Shown: piece by piece, positions 27,350 to 40,955 of the stretch | Layout: each line of letters starts with the position of its first letter | Numbering within the stretch: the stretch's first letter is position 1 | Source of the DNA: Octopus vulgaris | Taxonomy: Eukaryota | Assembly (NCBI GenBank): GCA_951406725.2 | Contig: OX597818.1 | Coordinates: forward strand, 248,001-312,000 | Length of the DNA stretch: 64,000 bases | Reading direction: 5' to 3' | The notes under the pieces: generated by a model | Seen by the model: the letters and a program-made list of their open reading frames with translations, nothing else | Database searches by the model: none | What the model was told of the DNA's origin: nothing | Translations under genes and position numbers: made by a program

Positions 27350-27735
27350 GTTACTTTTACTTGTTTCAGTCATTTGACTGCGGCCATGCTGGAGCACCGC
27401 CTTTAGTCGAGCAAATCGACCCCGGGACTTATTCTTTGTAAGCCCAGTACTTATTCTATCGGTCTCTTTTGCCGAACCGCTAAGTGACGGAGACATAAAC
27501 ACACCAGCATCGGTTGTCAAGCAATGCTAGGGGTACAAACACAGACACACAAACACATACATATATACATATATACGACAGGCTTCTTTCAGTTTCCGTC
27601 AACCAAATTCACTCACAAGGCATTGGTCGGCCCGGGGCTGTAGCAGAAGACACTTGCCTAAGATGCCACGCAGTGGGACTGAACCTGGAACCATGTGGTT
27701 GGTTAGCAAGCTACTTACCACACAGCCACTCCTGC
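27350..27735 (-). mobile_element. Full-length tRNA-derived SINE family B (CORE-like) nested in a family A SINE (27235-27810, +)
   Basis: A-box TGGCTGTGTGG, B-box GGTTCAGTCCC; it splits the family A core between cattcagggtt and gataaaataagtaccag. Confidence 0.85.
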
Positions 27736-28425
27736 TGTTGATAAAATAAGTACCAGACGAGTACTGGGGTCAAGGTAATTGACTTTCACCTCCACTCAAA
27801 ATTGCTGAATTGTTCTTATTTCAATCTTTTTTGGTGTTGGTCATCTGCGACATACAACCTACTTAGTCGATAGTGTCATATCAGCTATATCCAGGTAATT
27901 GTCTACGTTTGGTCACTAAAGGCCTAGCTGTATATAGTGATGTGGTACAGCTCACTGCTGTCAGGGGCAGCAGTTAGGTACTTGTGTCATAGACAAGCAT
28001 GCAGTGCAGAGTTCAAATCCAGGCATGAGCCTGGATAACAAATAAACCAGAAAATACTATAGTGTATCTCACTGTTAATGTCTATCTGAAGACAATGTAT
28101 TGAATCGCTGTCAGCCTAAAAGATAAATGGTTATAATAATGAAGAAGAATCTAACAGAGAGACTGTAACAATAATTATTGTAGTGTCTAAACCAAAGAGT
28201 TCTTTAAAAGCATTAAGGAGTAAGCACTGAGGAATCATTAGAGCAACTTAAAACTCTGAGAGAGAGAGAGAGAGACAGACAGACAGAGTGTGTGTGCATG
28301 ATGAGAATATCAGGCATGAATCATTGAATGCAGCAACTGTAGCAGCAACAGCAGTAAAAGGAATATTAGCCAGGTAACTTCAACATGATTTTAAACAATA
28401 GAATCTTTGATCAAAGATATAGATT

Positions 28426-28477
<52 letters not shown>

Positions 28478-29756
28478 CTGAATTGTTGTGGCTTTAATTA
28501 TTGTTGTTTTTGTTCTTAGTTTTTCTTCTTCTGACTTTTTTTCTTGTTACTTTCTTTTCGCTGCACAGACAAGCATGGTCTCCAATAACAACAAAGCAAA
28601 CGAACAACTTTAACTCTTCTCTGAGAGAAAGAGAGAGACAAAGTGTAAGTCTCAGTATATGAGTGTGTGAGAAAGAGTATGTATGTATATATGGAAGTGA
28701 GTGACATGCACACACACACACACATAATGAGACATGGATATATCTACATATGCATGCAAAAAATCCCACAAATACAAACAAGCATGCACACACACACACA
28801 CACCACCACCACCAACACAAATCTCAAACAATCTATAAATATCTGCTAGAATTAAACAGTTTCATGTTGCATTGCAAAACCATTTTCTTAGGTTTCTTTT
28901 AATTTTTACATAATTGTATGAGATAATCAACACAGATGTGTTTGCAGCTGGAGATGAAGATTAGCCAAAACTAAACATTTGGTGATGTAATTCAATCAGT
29001 TGCATGTAAACAGTAATGAATTTGTTAATATTCAGAACTATATTTCATTATTTTAATAATCATAATCAAATAAAGCTAAATGATGTACTGCAGGATAAAG
29101 GAAGTGAGTTTCATGACAACCAATAAATGAAGTTTCAATTCAAACAACATGCATCAATATTACTAGAGTTTTGTGTCTTTCAACTGGATGTTTTTTCAAA
29201 TGGAAAACTTTTCCTTGTCTACAGTAATGGCAACCTGCTTGCTGTTATTTCTAACAACACATACACATGTATGTAGATAAAACTATTTTGTGTTCTATCA
29301 TTTTCCCATATGCAGATATCATCCACACAAAAACCTAAACATTCACTAGCTACATGTACAAGGATCTTCAGAAGACCCTTCAATACAGATATAACAATAT
29401 GGTTACACTCAACACTACAAGACTAAATCACTAGAGCAGTGTTTCTCAAACAGTGCACTGGTCATCACAAGATGCATTTAGGTGCAATGTGGTTTTTTAA
29501 AAGAGTAATTTAAGTCTTTAAAAAATCCATGTTAATCCTTGAACATCTTGGAAAATATTTTAATATTTTTACATCATTTAACATCTACTTTTCCATGTTT
29601 GTCTGGGTCATATCTTTTACAGCCAGAAGCTCTTCCTATTACCAACCCTCATCTATTTTGAAGTGCATTTCAAGTAAAAAATTTTAAGAAATTGGAAACA
29701 AATGACATTGTTTGTATGACAATAAGGCTCATTTACATTTTTATGTTGCTTTCATT

Positions 29757-30130
29757 ATCATCATCATCCTCATCACCATTTACTGTCAGTTTTCCATGCT
29801 GGTATGACAGGAGCTGGCAAGCCAGAGAGCTGCACTAGACTCCATTTGTCTTTTTAGCATGGTTTCTATAGCAGGATGCCCTTCCTAATGCCAACCACTT
29901 TACAGAGTGTACTGGATGCTTTTTACTTTGCACCAACACAGTGCTTTATACACAGCAACTATCACATTATGTCAAGATAAGACACACAGATATACACACA
30001 CACTCATCTAAGATGGGTTCCTTAAAGTTTCTGTCTACCAGAAGGATTTGATTGGCCCAGGTGCCTCCCAATAAGACTGAACACAAAATGATGTGGTTGG
30101 GAAGTGAACTTCTATCACACATGCCTATAC
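29757..30130 (-). mobile_element. RTE 3' tail plus SINE family B head remnants
   Basis: ggatgcccttcctaatgccaaccac and tgtggttgggaagtgaacttc motifs. Confidence 0.55.
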
Positions 30131-30356
30131 CTATGCATAGATATAATTATACACAAGCATAATTAATGAAATTAAGCAAATATTGATTTGGCGGTAATTT
30201 GTTGTTTGATTTCCAGTGTAACATAAAGTCAAAGAGGTTGTGAATCTTAGCTCTACAGTGTTGTACTTCCAATGTCTCATCATAAACATCACAACCTAGA
30301 CATCTCACAGTTGATAAAAACAATAAATCTGATAATATAATTATTTCTGTTGTTGT

Positions 30357-30580
30357 TTAACCCTTTAACATTTAGATTACTCTGTCAAATGTAATATTTA
30401 TACACATTGTTTTGAATTAATCATGCATTATCTCGTAACTTTGAGATATCTATGATGTGACGTTTTGTTTTCAGAATGACAGTGTAGGGTAGGTGTGAGA
30501 GGTTGCTTCTGGCCAGTTTGAACATAAAATAAGGAGGATATTTGGGCAGGATGCATCTGGTTCCAACACTACAGGGTTAA
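30357..30580. mobile_element. piggyBac-type MITE
   Basis: TTAA-CCCTTTAA...ACAGGG-TTAA; reverse-complement similar to 2253-2479. Confidence 0.7.
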
Positions 30581-31224
30581 ACCCAAGTCATCTGTGACTG
30601 AGAAGGCTGTGACCCAAAGTATTGTGACCATCTTTTTATATCAGACATGGGATTCTAATGTTCCAGCGATCTTATAATTCCTTCAAAAAGTTTTACAGCA
30701 AATAACAGAAATCATAAATTTGTGATAGATTGCAAGAAGTTGGTTGCATATAAAAACTAAACAGGTAATGTTATAAACCCACTCATCCACTCTTATATAC
30801 AATGTACATTCATTAGAAGTGAAGAACACATTAAGCTAAGATACTTTTTAAATACAATCCATATTTGTAATTTAAATTGTGTGTGTTTGTGTGTGCATGC
30901 ATGTAAGTTGTGATTCTATTTTTTGCACCACAAAACAACCAGAACAAAAGAGTAGAGTGAGGGCAGAGTAAAGAACCTTGCTCAAGGAAATACTGCAATG
31001 AATCCATGAATTATCAATTTAACATTTATAAAATCAAAGCTCAGTTCACATAATTATTTCTGTTGTTTATTGATTTGGCAGTAATTTGTTGTTTGATTTC
31101 CGGTGTACCATAAAGTCAAAGAGATTGTGAATCTCAGCTCTACAGTGTTGTACTTCCACAGTGTCTAATCATAAACATCACAACCTAGACATCTCAGTTG
31201 ATAAAAACAATAAATCTGATAATC

Positions 31225-32630
31225 ACTACCAGAACTAGAAGAAATTTCAGATGTGGAAGCAAGGTTTAGAATCGATGGGCCTTAGAGTCAATATCACAAA
31301 AACCAAAGTCTTAGCAAGTAAGAAGGTGAACAAATCACACACCCCTTCAGGTAGATGACCCCGCTTGATCTGTAGAAAAGGTGTAGGTAAAAACTCAATA
31401 AGATGTACCCAGTGTAAGCTATGGATGCATAAGAGGTGCAGCAACATCAATGGAAGATTAACTGAGAAGATAGCTTTTGTGTGGCAGATGCACAGGGGCA
31501 ATAAACACCATAGATGCTCAGAAAACAGATTCCATCACATGTCAGGGGAAGAAACTAGAAATAGTTGATAGCTTCCGCTACCTAGGTAACCAAGTATTTA
31601 GTGGGGGTGGATGCTTAGAGAGTGTTGCCACTAGAATAAGAGTAGACTGGACAGAGTTCAGAAAGCTTCTACCCCTATTGGTGACAAAGGGCCTCTCTCT
31701 CAGAGCGAAAGGTAAATTGTATAATGCATGTGTGTGAATTGCCATGCTTCACGGCAGTGAAACATGGGCCATGACTGCTGAAGACATGCACAGGCTTGAA
31801 AGAAATGAAGCTAGCATGATCTGCTGGATGTGTAATGTCAGTGTGCACACACGACAGAGTGTAAGCACCCTGACAGAAATGTTGGACATAAGAATCATTG
31901 GCTGTGGCATGCAAGAGAGACGACTGCACTGGTATGGTCATGTGCTGCATATGGATGAGGAGAGCTTTGTGAAGAAGTGCCACTCCCGTCTGGGAGTGGC
32001 ACTTCTTCACAAAGCTCTCCTCATCCATATGGGAACCCGTGGTAGAGGGAGACCCAGGAAGACATGGGATGAAGTGGTGAAGCATGACCTTCAAACGCTG
32101 GGCCTCACAGAGGCAATGATGAAAGACCGAGACCTCTGGAGATGTGCTGTGCCTGAGAGGGCCAGGCAAATAAAGTGAGATCACAGCTGTAGCCTACGCC
32201 AGTGTTGCATAGCCAGCTTACTCAAAAGTACCTTTGGATCATAGGGCGACATGCTGTGCTTGAGGAGACCTATTGAGTTAAGTACATCATCAACATCAAA
32301 ATCAAATCAAACTACAGTCAAGTGGAAATTGTAGTTGTGGCTGATGCCAGAGCTGCCTGACTGGCTCCTCATGCTGGCGGCATGTAAAAAGCACCATCCA
32401 AACGTGGTGGATGCTAACCCCCTGGCCTCAACTGGCTCCCTGTCCGGTGGCATGTAAAAAGCACCCACTACATTTTCGGAGTGGTTGGCGTTAGGAAGGG
32501 CATCCATCTGTAGAAATACTGCCAGATCAGATTGGAGCCTGGTGCAGCCTACTGACTTCCCAGTCCCCAGTCGAACCATCCAACATATCAGCATGGAAAA
32601 TGGACGTTAAACGATGATGATGATGATGAT
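31225..32630 (+). mobile_element. 5'-truncated RTE-clade LINE
   Basis: GLRVNITKTKV, PHD-like CRKGVGKNSIRCTQCKLWMHKRC insert, FRYLG, LHGSETW, RLHWYGHV, RGRPRKTW; (GAT)n tail. Confidence 0.92.
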
Positions 32631-32858
32631 GTAACAGCAAGAGGGAGAGCTGTTCCAACATAGGCCACTACTCATTATAGTGGAGTAGATGGAGCAATAT
32701 GTAATAAAGAGCCTAGCTCAAGGACACAACGCACACCACATAATTGAAGTTAAGACCTTATGACTGTAAGTCTGACACCCTAGCTTCTAGGTCATGTGCC
32801 TTCACACCAGGAAATGTAATATAAAAGAGACAACTTGGGAATGAATAAGATTTCTTAC

Positions 32859-33048
32859 CTGGTCTCTTTCTCTGAAGGCGTTTCACAGCTGCTAGCTATA
32901 CTGGAATCTTCTGACTCTAAAGAGTTGAAACTTTTGCAGTTAGCTTCTCTTAGCTTGCGTTCTTCCCACTGGGCACGGCCCTCGTCTGCTGCTCGCCGCT
33001 TCAGTTCCTCGATCCGTTGTCGTTCCTGCTCCACCACAATATTGTGAG
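32859..33048 (-). CDS. PHLDB: PHLDB-like internal exon (HNIVVEQERQRIEELKRRAADEGRAQWEERKLREANCKSFNSLESEDSSIASSCETPSEKET)
   Basis: atttttag acceptor and AG|gtaag donor; 190 nt, phase 1-2; resembles the PHLDB1 segment VIEEQRRRLAELKQKAAAEAQCQW...SLESSDS as recalled from memory. Confidence 0.85.
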
Positions 33049-34634
33049 CTAAAAATAAATGTCACAGAGGTTGTTATTTAGATTTAACATCACGAGAGAG
33101 GAGACTACAAAGAACTAGCATTATGCATTATTGCAATAAAACTCTTTCAAGCAGATTCACAGAAAATATTTTGAATATTTATAATTCCCTTCAAAAACAA
33201 GACACATATATACAATTACATTAGAGTTATATTATTGTTAATAATGTCCTATTATCTTTGATAGAGTGTAAATGAAATGAAAAATAAAACATCTTAAAAA
33301 GTTGTCATTAAACCACATCACATGGGATTGACTAAATGGTGATGAAAAACTAACATTGCTTTAATGTTGATGTCTGTGGTTAGCACTTTGATAAATAAGG
33401 TTGCTACAAATATACACCACATCTTCCTTATATTATATGCAACTCCACTATATTAAATACAACAGTGCCACTATGATTTAGACAACACCTCCACAGTATT
33501 ATTTTACCACACAACATCACTATATTACATAACACACCTCCACAATATTATACACAATGCCTTCACACTTGCACTATATCATATATCACACTCCCATTAT
33601 AATATAATATAAACTATACCTTCCCTATATTACACCACATCTTCACTATAATTTAAAACTTCCAATATTTAGGTTCATCTCTTTCCCCAGGTCCTACTAC
33701 ACATTCCCATATTTTCCCTTGCAACAATAGAAACTTACTACCAACAACAATTGTTTAGCTCAATTTTCTAAATCATACAGATTATGAAGCTGAAATTGTT
33801 AAGGGTTCTCTCTTTCCCTTCCTCTGACTAATAGAAATAAAAAATGACCAAACAAAGATTTAATAGAAAGATTATTTTATAAAAGACAAATGTTGATTCC
33901 CACATCTGATTTGGATGCCTATTTTTCAAATTCTTCACAGAAATCAAGCTTGTCATTAACAAAGTGACATGGTTCTTTTGTTGGAGTCAAGAATAGTTCC
34001 AGAGATCTGTAAATATGTCAGCATGGGCATATAGGAAGGTGCATATGTGATATATTTACACCCATGCAATAGGTGTGTTCTGTATATGCTATATACACAC
34101 AAGATAGTATGCATGTTCACTCCAGGAACCTTAAAAAGAGAATCCCAGTAATATTTTAGAACTCTTCATGGTAACACTAATTGATTGGATTTGGAGAATG
34201 TGAATAATTTGTTTTGATTTTTTTTCTTGGGAGAAACTCAACATTTCTAGGGTTTTATGCAATTTGTTCCATAACCCACTCTACAAATAAAATAGGTACA
34301 AATAAAAATTCATAACCCGGACATAAGAGTTTTAAGTTACTCATAAGTTCACTATAAATACTTTCTTTCCAAACAGTATATTTGAGATTTAATTTGTAAA
34401 CTTAGTCACAACCAAACTTTTAATAAACATTCATTATGTTTCCCTGTGACAGTACATCACATGTTTAAACCAGAGAGATCTCAGTAACCAGGATGGAAAG
34501 ACAGAAGCAGTTAGCTTTGGTTTTTGTTGAAGTTTCATCTTAGATGACACAGCCAAAACTAGATCAGATGTGTGTGCGAGTGTGGGTGTAGTGGTGTGGG
34601 TGGTATACAAAGTGAAAATAGAAAATATACATAC

Positions 34635-34821
34635 ATGGTTTCTCTAAGGATAGTCCTGGCCAGCTCTTGTTAGAATCTATTGTAGGAGAAATTGGTTTCT
34701 TATTGTTCCATCTGGGAATAGAGTTAGTTAGGTGAGAGGGAGCCAAAGGGTTAACTCCACCTGCACCTCCTTCACTCGACTCGGGCATTGTTCGACGTGC
34801 TGAGACCAGATCAACTTTATC
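34635..34821 (-). CDS. PHLDB: PHLDB-like internal exon (DKVDLVSARRTMPESSEGG...WPGLSLEKP)
   Basis: cttgttttag acceptor and T|gtatgt donor; 187 nt, phase 0-1, matching both neighbouring exons. Confidence 0.8.
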
Positions 34822-35489
34822 CTAAAACAAGGACAAGACAGAGTTTATGACATAAAATTAATTTGATATTTTAATTAAGTCTGACAGACTTAACCAAAGA
34901 GTGAAAGTTATGACATTAAAGGAATAGAAACTGGTCCAGTGAAAAGTATACAAAGAACATGCGTATTATTCAACAGCTCCATTTGCACATATCATAGCTC
35001 ACTAACAAGCATAGCTCCTCTCACACTTCTAGCTCATTAATAAACATAATTCTATACGTAATAACATAAGTCCACTCACATGAAGTTAAGCACAATAAAC
35101 ATAGCTCCACTAATACAACACAGTCAAACCTAACTCCACACAGTCAAACCTAGCTCTACTTACTCCACTCACTCTAAACCTAGCTTCACTTATACTCATC
35201 ACCATAACATAAGGTAACATCAATGTTGTTTTTAGAATCACACCAAAGACTTCTTTTCCACTAAAGACTTCTTTTCTATTTTTCTCAATGTTTAAAAAGG
35301 ACTCATTTCTTTTCCAGATTATTTTTCACAGATAATTTTCATTCAGATCAATTCAAGTAGAAAAATAATCTGTTTTATTGAAATACATTACTCTTTGTCT
35401 GCAACACTATGAATAATTTGGAATTCATGAGCTCTAATACAGCTAACACTAACACACATATACTATATTTAATACAACCTAACACACAC

Positions 35490-35853
35490 ACACACTTCTA
35501 TATTTTACATATTTTAGTCATTCAACTGGTGCACTGGCTTGAAGGGTCCAAGCTGAATGAATTGATGCCAGTATCTACTGTTTTAAAGCCTGGTACTTAT
35601 TCTAAGTTATGAGGATCACCAGTTGTCAGGCAGTGGTAGAAGACAAACACACACATAGATGTATACCTATACATACATATATCATATACATGCACACACA
35701 GAACAGACTTTTTTTAGTTTCAGTCTACTAAAACTACACACAAGTCTTTGATTGGTCTGATTCTACTTTGATTTAGTAGAACACACTTGCCCAAAGTGCC
35801 ATGCAGTGTGTCTGAACCCAAGACCATGTGGTTGGAAAGCAAACTTCTTACCA
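35490..35853 (-). mobile_element. SINE family B
   Basis: acacttgcccaaagtgccatgcagtg..gaacccaagaccatgtggttgg matches the 27650-27720 head. Confidence 0.7.
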
Positions 35854-35862
35854 TATATGTCA

Positions 35863-35901
<39 letters not shown>

Positions 35902-37949
35902 CACACATGTGTATATATGTGGGTGGGTGTGAGAGAGAGTCATTATATGCACTCGGTAATGTGGTCAAAAGACTTTGCCACTGCAAAAAATTTATATTGT
36001 CTCCACAACAGAAATTCAATAATAGAAATTTTAAATAACTTTACTGGTATTAAAAACAAAATTAGTCACTTACATCACCCACACATTTACACCCCCACAC
36101 ACACCCACACACAACTCCGTGAGTTGAAGAGACAGAAAAACAAACAGGCAAACATCAAACAGTTACCTGCAAAATAAAAAACAAAAACAAAATTACACAC
36201 ACACATATATATGAAACTGTGAAAGTAAGGTAAGCTTGAAATATTGGTGAACAACTACTGGTGTTTGCTGTTTTCTAACATAGACTTACTCACAAGACAA
36301 GGTGCAGTACAGTGAAAAGCAAGTGAACTTGCAAAATGTTCCAGTCTTCAAGAGAAGACTTTGAAGTTAATCACTAGTCTGTATGGGAGACACTTCATAT
36401 TAACTTAATTGGTAAAATTTGATTTTTAAAAATTTCCTTATACCTAGAGTTTAATTAGTAAGTATATATGTGTGTGTGTGTGTGTGTGAACTGTGAACAC
36501 ACATATGTATATGTATACAACATATTTCATGAGTGTATTCTCTGTGAAGTGGTTAGTTGGCATTAGGAAGGGCATTCCGTCATATAAACCATGCCAAATA
36601 GACACTAGACCATGGACATAGGTTTTCTACTCATTAGATCCCAACAAATCATTTAATCCATATTTGCATAGAGGTTGGAAGTTAAATGATAATGATGACA
36701 ATATACTCACAGACACATTTACACATGGCAGGCGTGCCCATCTGGACAATAATATGTATGTGAATGAATTACACAAATTAGCCAAGCAGCAGAATTAGGA
36801 AATACAAAATCCAAAACATTGGACAATTCCAGATGGTAGAATCAATTTCAATATGCTGGTCAAAATACAATAGACTAGGGCATTACCATCCTTGTATCTG
36901 TTTTTCCTGCTGGCAAGGGATGGATGGTTTGACAGAATTCAGTGGGTTGGAGGACCATATCTTGCTCCTGCACCTCATTTTCTGCAGGGTTTCTACTAGA
37001 TGTTCTTCTTAATGCTACTTTACTGAATGTACTGCATGCTTTTCTCATGGAACCAGCACTAGCCATGTAACTTGCAAGACTGAAGAGCTTCTTTAATTAG
37101 GGGAATAGTAGAAAGGGAGGCAGCTGTATGTGAAGTGTTGAGGGGTTTAAAGTATGATAGAAAAGAAAAGAACACATTTGTTGCGGCAGAGAAGTAAATG
37201 GCTACTCTACGTTAATAATGGTGATTGGGAGTAACTGGAGTGGAGATGGAAAGAGAGATAAAGAGGGTAGTGATAAGGTGTCAGAGTGTGCCCTCAGTGT
37301 GTACAAGATAATGGATTGAAGAGAGTGTGAAACTATAAAATCAGGAAGTGTGAGGAGGCAATGATTACAAAAGTGAGATTAGGTGCGAATGTAGTGAGTA
37401 TTGGGGAGGGATCAGTGGTAGATGATATAACTTAAAATATAAGGTATAGTTGTAAGAAGTGGTGCACATATCCCTTGTAGAATATATTTCTATAAAAGGA
37501 AAATCAAAAGACTTATTGCTTGTTTCTACAGACTGGGACCAACAACAGGTCAAGCTGGACATAGACCACATCTGTCTCATTGATCTAAGAGAAGAGTGTA
37601 AAGGTCATTTGATATTCTCTTGTTTGTTGTCTCATTAACCACTTAATTGAAATGTACTTAATTAAATGTAATAAATATAGTTTTCCTCTGTCTACCTGAT
37701 TCCTGCAGGTTTAATCGATCACAATGTAGCTTAACTTGTTCTCTGTCTGAGACACACCAAGTGATGAACTATAACAATAACAATAATGACTAATATTACA
37801 CATATTGCTCATATTAATGTGTAAGACAAAGGTGTTAGAAAGCAGAAAGTACTCACACATCCTTGTAGTTGTATTGAAAACAGCAGAACAACTTTCTATA
37901 TAATGAAGATTTTTATGATAACAGCAATACAGTAGTTATAATAGTTTCA

Positions 37950-37990
<41 letters not shown>

Positions 37991-38010
<20 letters not shown>

Positions 38011-38516
38011 GATTGGAAGTGTTATCATGTACATTGTTTTGTCTTGGTATAAAAGATGGGCTACAGCAAATATTCTGCTCAATACCACAGATTTGCTTGT
38101 CAGTTGTTTGACCTTATCCAGTTGAGTATGTCCCTTAGTGGCTGACGATATGTGCATCTCTGATCATGAGCAGAAGTAGTGGGGGAGCATCATAGCCATG
38201 TGTTGAGAGGGATTCTTTGGGGTTTGAATAATTCACCTCTGGAAACATGGGTGGTTCTTTCAACATCCTTAAACAACCCTTATTCAGGGACCTTTTGAGC
38301 GGGATGGGCTACTCAACCTGAAGAAAATTCTAACTGGGCCCCACCTGCAAGGTCATGTGCTGTTTATCTTGATATGAGATCACCATGTCGCGCACATATG
38401 GTTGTGATGCATGTGCCTGGTGTACCTTTATCAGATGGGTAGTCATGATGGGTATATTGGGCTTCGTATATTTTACCCCAGTGTCACTTTGATGGCATAC
38501 ACTGCTCTCTCACTCA
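37991..38516. mobile_element. GC-richer insert embedded in (TAA)n, class unresolved
   Basis: Sharp composition change bounded by (AAT)n tracts on both sides. Confidence 0.4.
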
Positions 38517-38539
38517 ATAATAATAATAATAATACCGCA

Positions 38540-39640
38540 GTCATTCAGTATGGTGCTGGAATTCTAAAGTAGACAGAGGATGAACTAAAGAAGTTGGGCA
38601 GGAAGACAAGAAAGCTCCTAACAATGCATGGAGACCATCATCCATGTGCAGGCACTGATTGCCTATACATGAAGAGAGAAATGGAGGAAGGGGACTGATA
38701 AGTGTGGAAGACTGTGTGCATATTGAACTTGGGAATATGCTGAGGGTATATACCCCCAAAAGGAGGAAACCTTGTTAGGGGCAGTTAGAGATGAGAACAG
38801 ATTGGAACCAGGAAAAAGGAAAAGAAAACAAAATGAACAAGATGGACATGATGAAACAGTATGCAATAAGGAACCACACAGTCAATTCCATGTAATCACA
38901 ACTGATGTTGCTTGGAAAACATAGGAAGGACTGGTTGAAGAGGGAAACACTGAAAAAAGAGTTTGAGAACACAATACTGCCAGCGCAAGACCAAACTCTG
39001 GCTACAAATTGGAGGGTCAACCTTGAAAATAAATAAGTATCCCCACTGTGCTAAATCTGTAATAGAGTTGATGAAACCATTGCCTGTATTGTGAATGAAC
39101 ATCGTCAACTCATCCAAAACCAAAATAAGTTGTGGCAACACAATGAAGCAGTGAAAGTGCTATGTTGGAAACTTTGTGAAAAGTGGGGGTTAGAGAGAAG
39201 CAAGACATGGTATGAGCAGAAACCACAGAGAGAGGCGGAGTCAGAGACCTGCAAAATTCTGTGGGATTTCCCAATCCAAACAAACCAGGTACTAGAGTAC
39301 AACAAGCCGGACCTAGTGGTGGTGGTGGTGGTGGAAAAAGTGAACCACATGTGCTGTATAATTGATGTTGTGTGCCCCTTTCACACATGAATAGTGAAGA
39401 AGGAAGACAAAAAAATAAACAAATACAACCCTCTTAAATATGAGATAGTTTGAGTGTGGAAAAGGTGAAGATAGTGTTAATTATTGTTGGGTCTTTGTGC
39501 ACAGTATCAGAAGGCATGAAGAGGAATAAAAAAGAGATCAGAATAAAGTGCCAATAGAACTGTTACAAAAGTTTGCGTCCTTGGACATGGCCAGAATCAT
39601 CAGGAATATACTAGATAGTTGGAAAGAACAGATAACATGG
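38540..39640 (+). mobile_element. R4/Dong-like non-LTR remnant (restriction-like endonuclease)
   Basis: GGRGLISVED, AQDQTLAT, KILWDFPIQT...KPDLVVV...IIDVVCP; begins next to (TAA)n. Confidence 0.8.
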
Positions 39641-39694
39641 TACCATAGGCTGCAGGTAGCAAGCCCACAATGTATGCAAGACTCCAGGAGTTCC

Positions 39695-40330
39695 AACAAA
39701 ACCATCAATAGAAGAGAAAATGACCAAAAACTGTGTGTACTCCATCCCATGCAGCTGTGATAGGTTATAGAAAGGCAAAACATGCCGCCCCCTCAACATA
39801 AGGGTAGAGGAACATCGCAAAGCTGTGACACGAGGATATATTGATAAATTAGGTATAGCTGATCATGTATGGAAAAATGGAGACCACCTCCCCCTGTGGG
39901 GTGAAGTTAAAATAATAGACAGAGAACACCACTGGAAAATACGAAAACTAAAAGAAGCAGTACATATGCTAGGACACAACAACCTCCTAAGCAGACCAAG
40001 TGCAGATATGAATAGCATATAGGAACTTGTATTAAGGATAGGAAGATATTAGATTTATAAGCCCTAAAAATTCACACCATAATTGCCCACGGGCATATGG
40101 CATAGTGGTTAAGAGCACGGGCTACAAACCCCAAGATTCCGAGTTTGATTTTAGGCAGTGACTTGGATAATAAAAATAATAACATCGAAAAATACCTTAG
40201 GAATGAGAACCCAGGTTTGAAATTTCCCCAAGACACCTGATGAAAGCTGGAGGGTATATCAGTCAAAACATCGTGTTAACAACAAACAAGGTGAGGACAA
40301 ATATCTGTCAAATGTAAATAATGTGAAACC
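39695..40330 (+). mobile_element. Penelope-like element 3' remnant (GIY-YIG) with tRNA-like segment and decayed HHR
   Basis: NCVYSIPCSC..*KGKTCRPLNIRVEEH...IADHVW...RKLKEA. Confidence 0.8.
40233..40276 (+). ncRNA. Decayed hammerhead motif (G12 to A)
   Basis: acac-CTGATGA-aagctg..cagtc-AAAA-ca-TC-gtgt downstream of a Penelope GIY-YIG remnant. Confidence 0.5.
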
Positions 40331-40469
40331 TGAGTTGTTAATAATAATGTTGAATGTTTTCCAACCAAGTATCAAAGCTTATGATGAGTAGGAAGAGACC
40401 CTATGGCACTTCTGACAACAAGCTGCTGTCCGCTCTCATAGAATCAACCAGAGCAAACAAGAAGTAAAA

Positions 40470-40900
40470 TCCTTTCTACTATAGGCATAAGGTCTGAAAT
40501 TTTTTTGGTTGGGTGGAGATTAGTTAATTACATCGGCTCCATTGCTTAACTGGTATTTATTTTACTGACCCTGAAGGGATGAAAGGCAAAGTTGACCTTG
40601 GCAGAATTTGAATTCAGAATGTAAAGATAGATGAAGTACCACAAAGCATTTTACCCGGTGTGCTAATGATTTTACCAGCTATCTACCTTAAATAATAATA
40701 ATAATAATAATAATGGTTTCAAATTTTGATACAAAGCCAGCAATTTTGGGATGTGGGATGTAGTAAGTCAATTACATCAACCCCAGTGCTTGACTGGTAT
40801 TTCATTTTATGGACCCAAGAGTGGTAGTAATGAAAGGCAAAGTTGGTTTTAACAGGATTTGAACTCAGAACATGAAGAGCTGGAAAAAAATACTGCAAGA
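40470..40900 (-). mobile_element. Two tandem SINE family A copies
   Basis: gatgaaaggcaaagttg..atttgaa(t/c)tcagaa occurs twice. Confidence 0.75.
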
Positions 40901-40924
40901 TAATATAGGTTGGTTCACAAGTCT

Positions 40925-40955
<31 letters not shown>

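Noticed and set aside
40091-40162. Functional tRNA gene
   Set aside because: T-arm/B-box and acceptor stem are degenerate; it lies within a TE remnant
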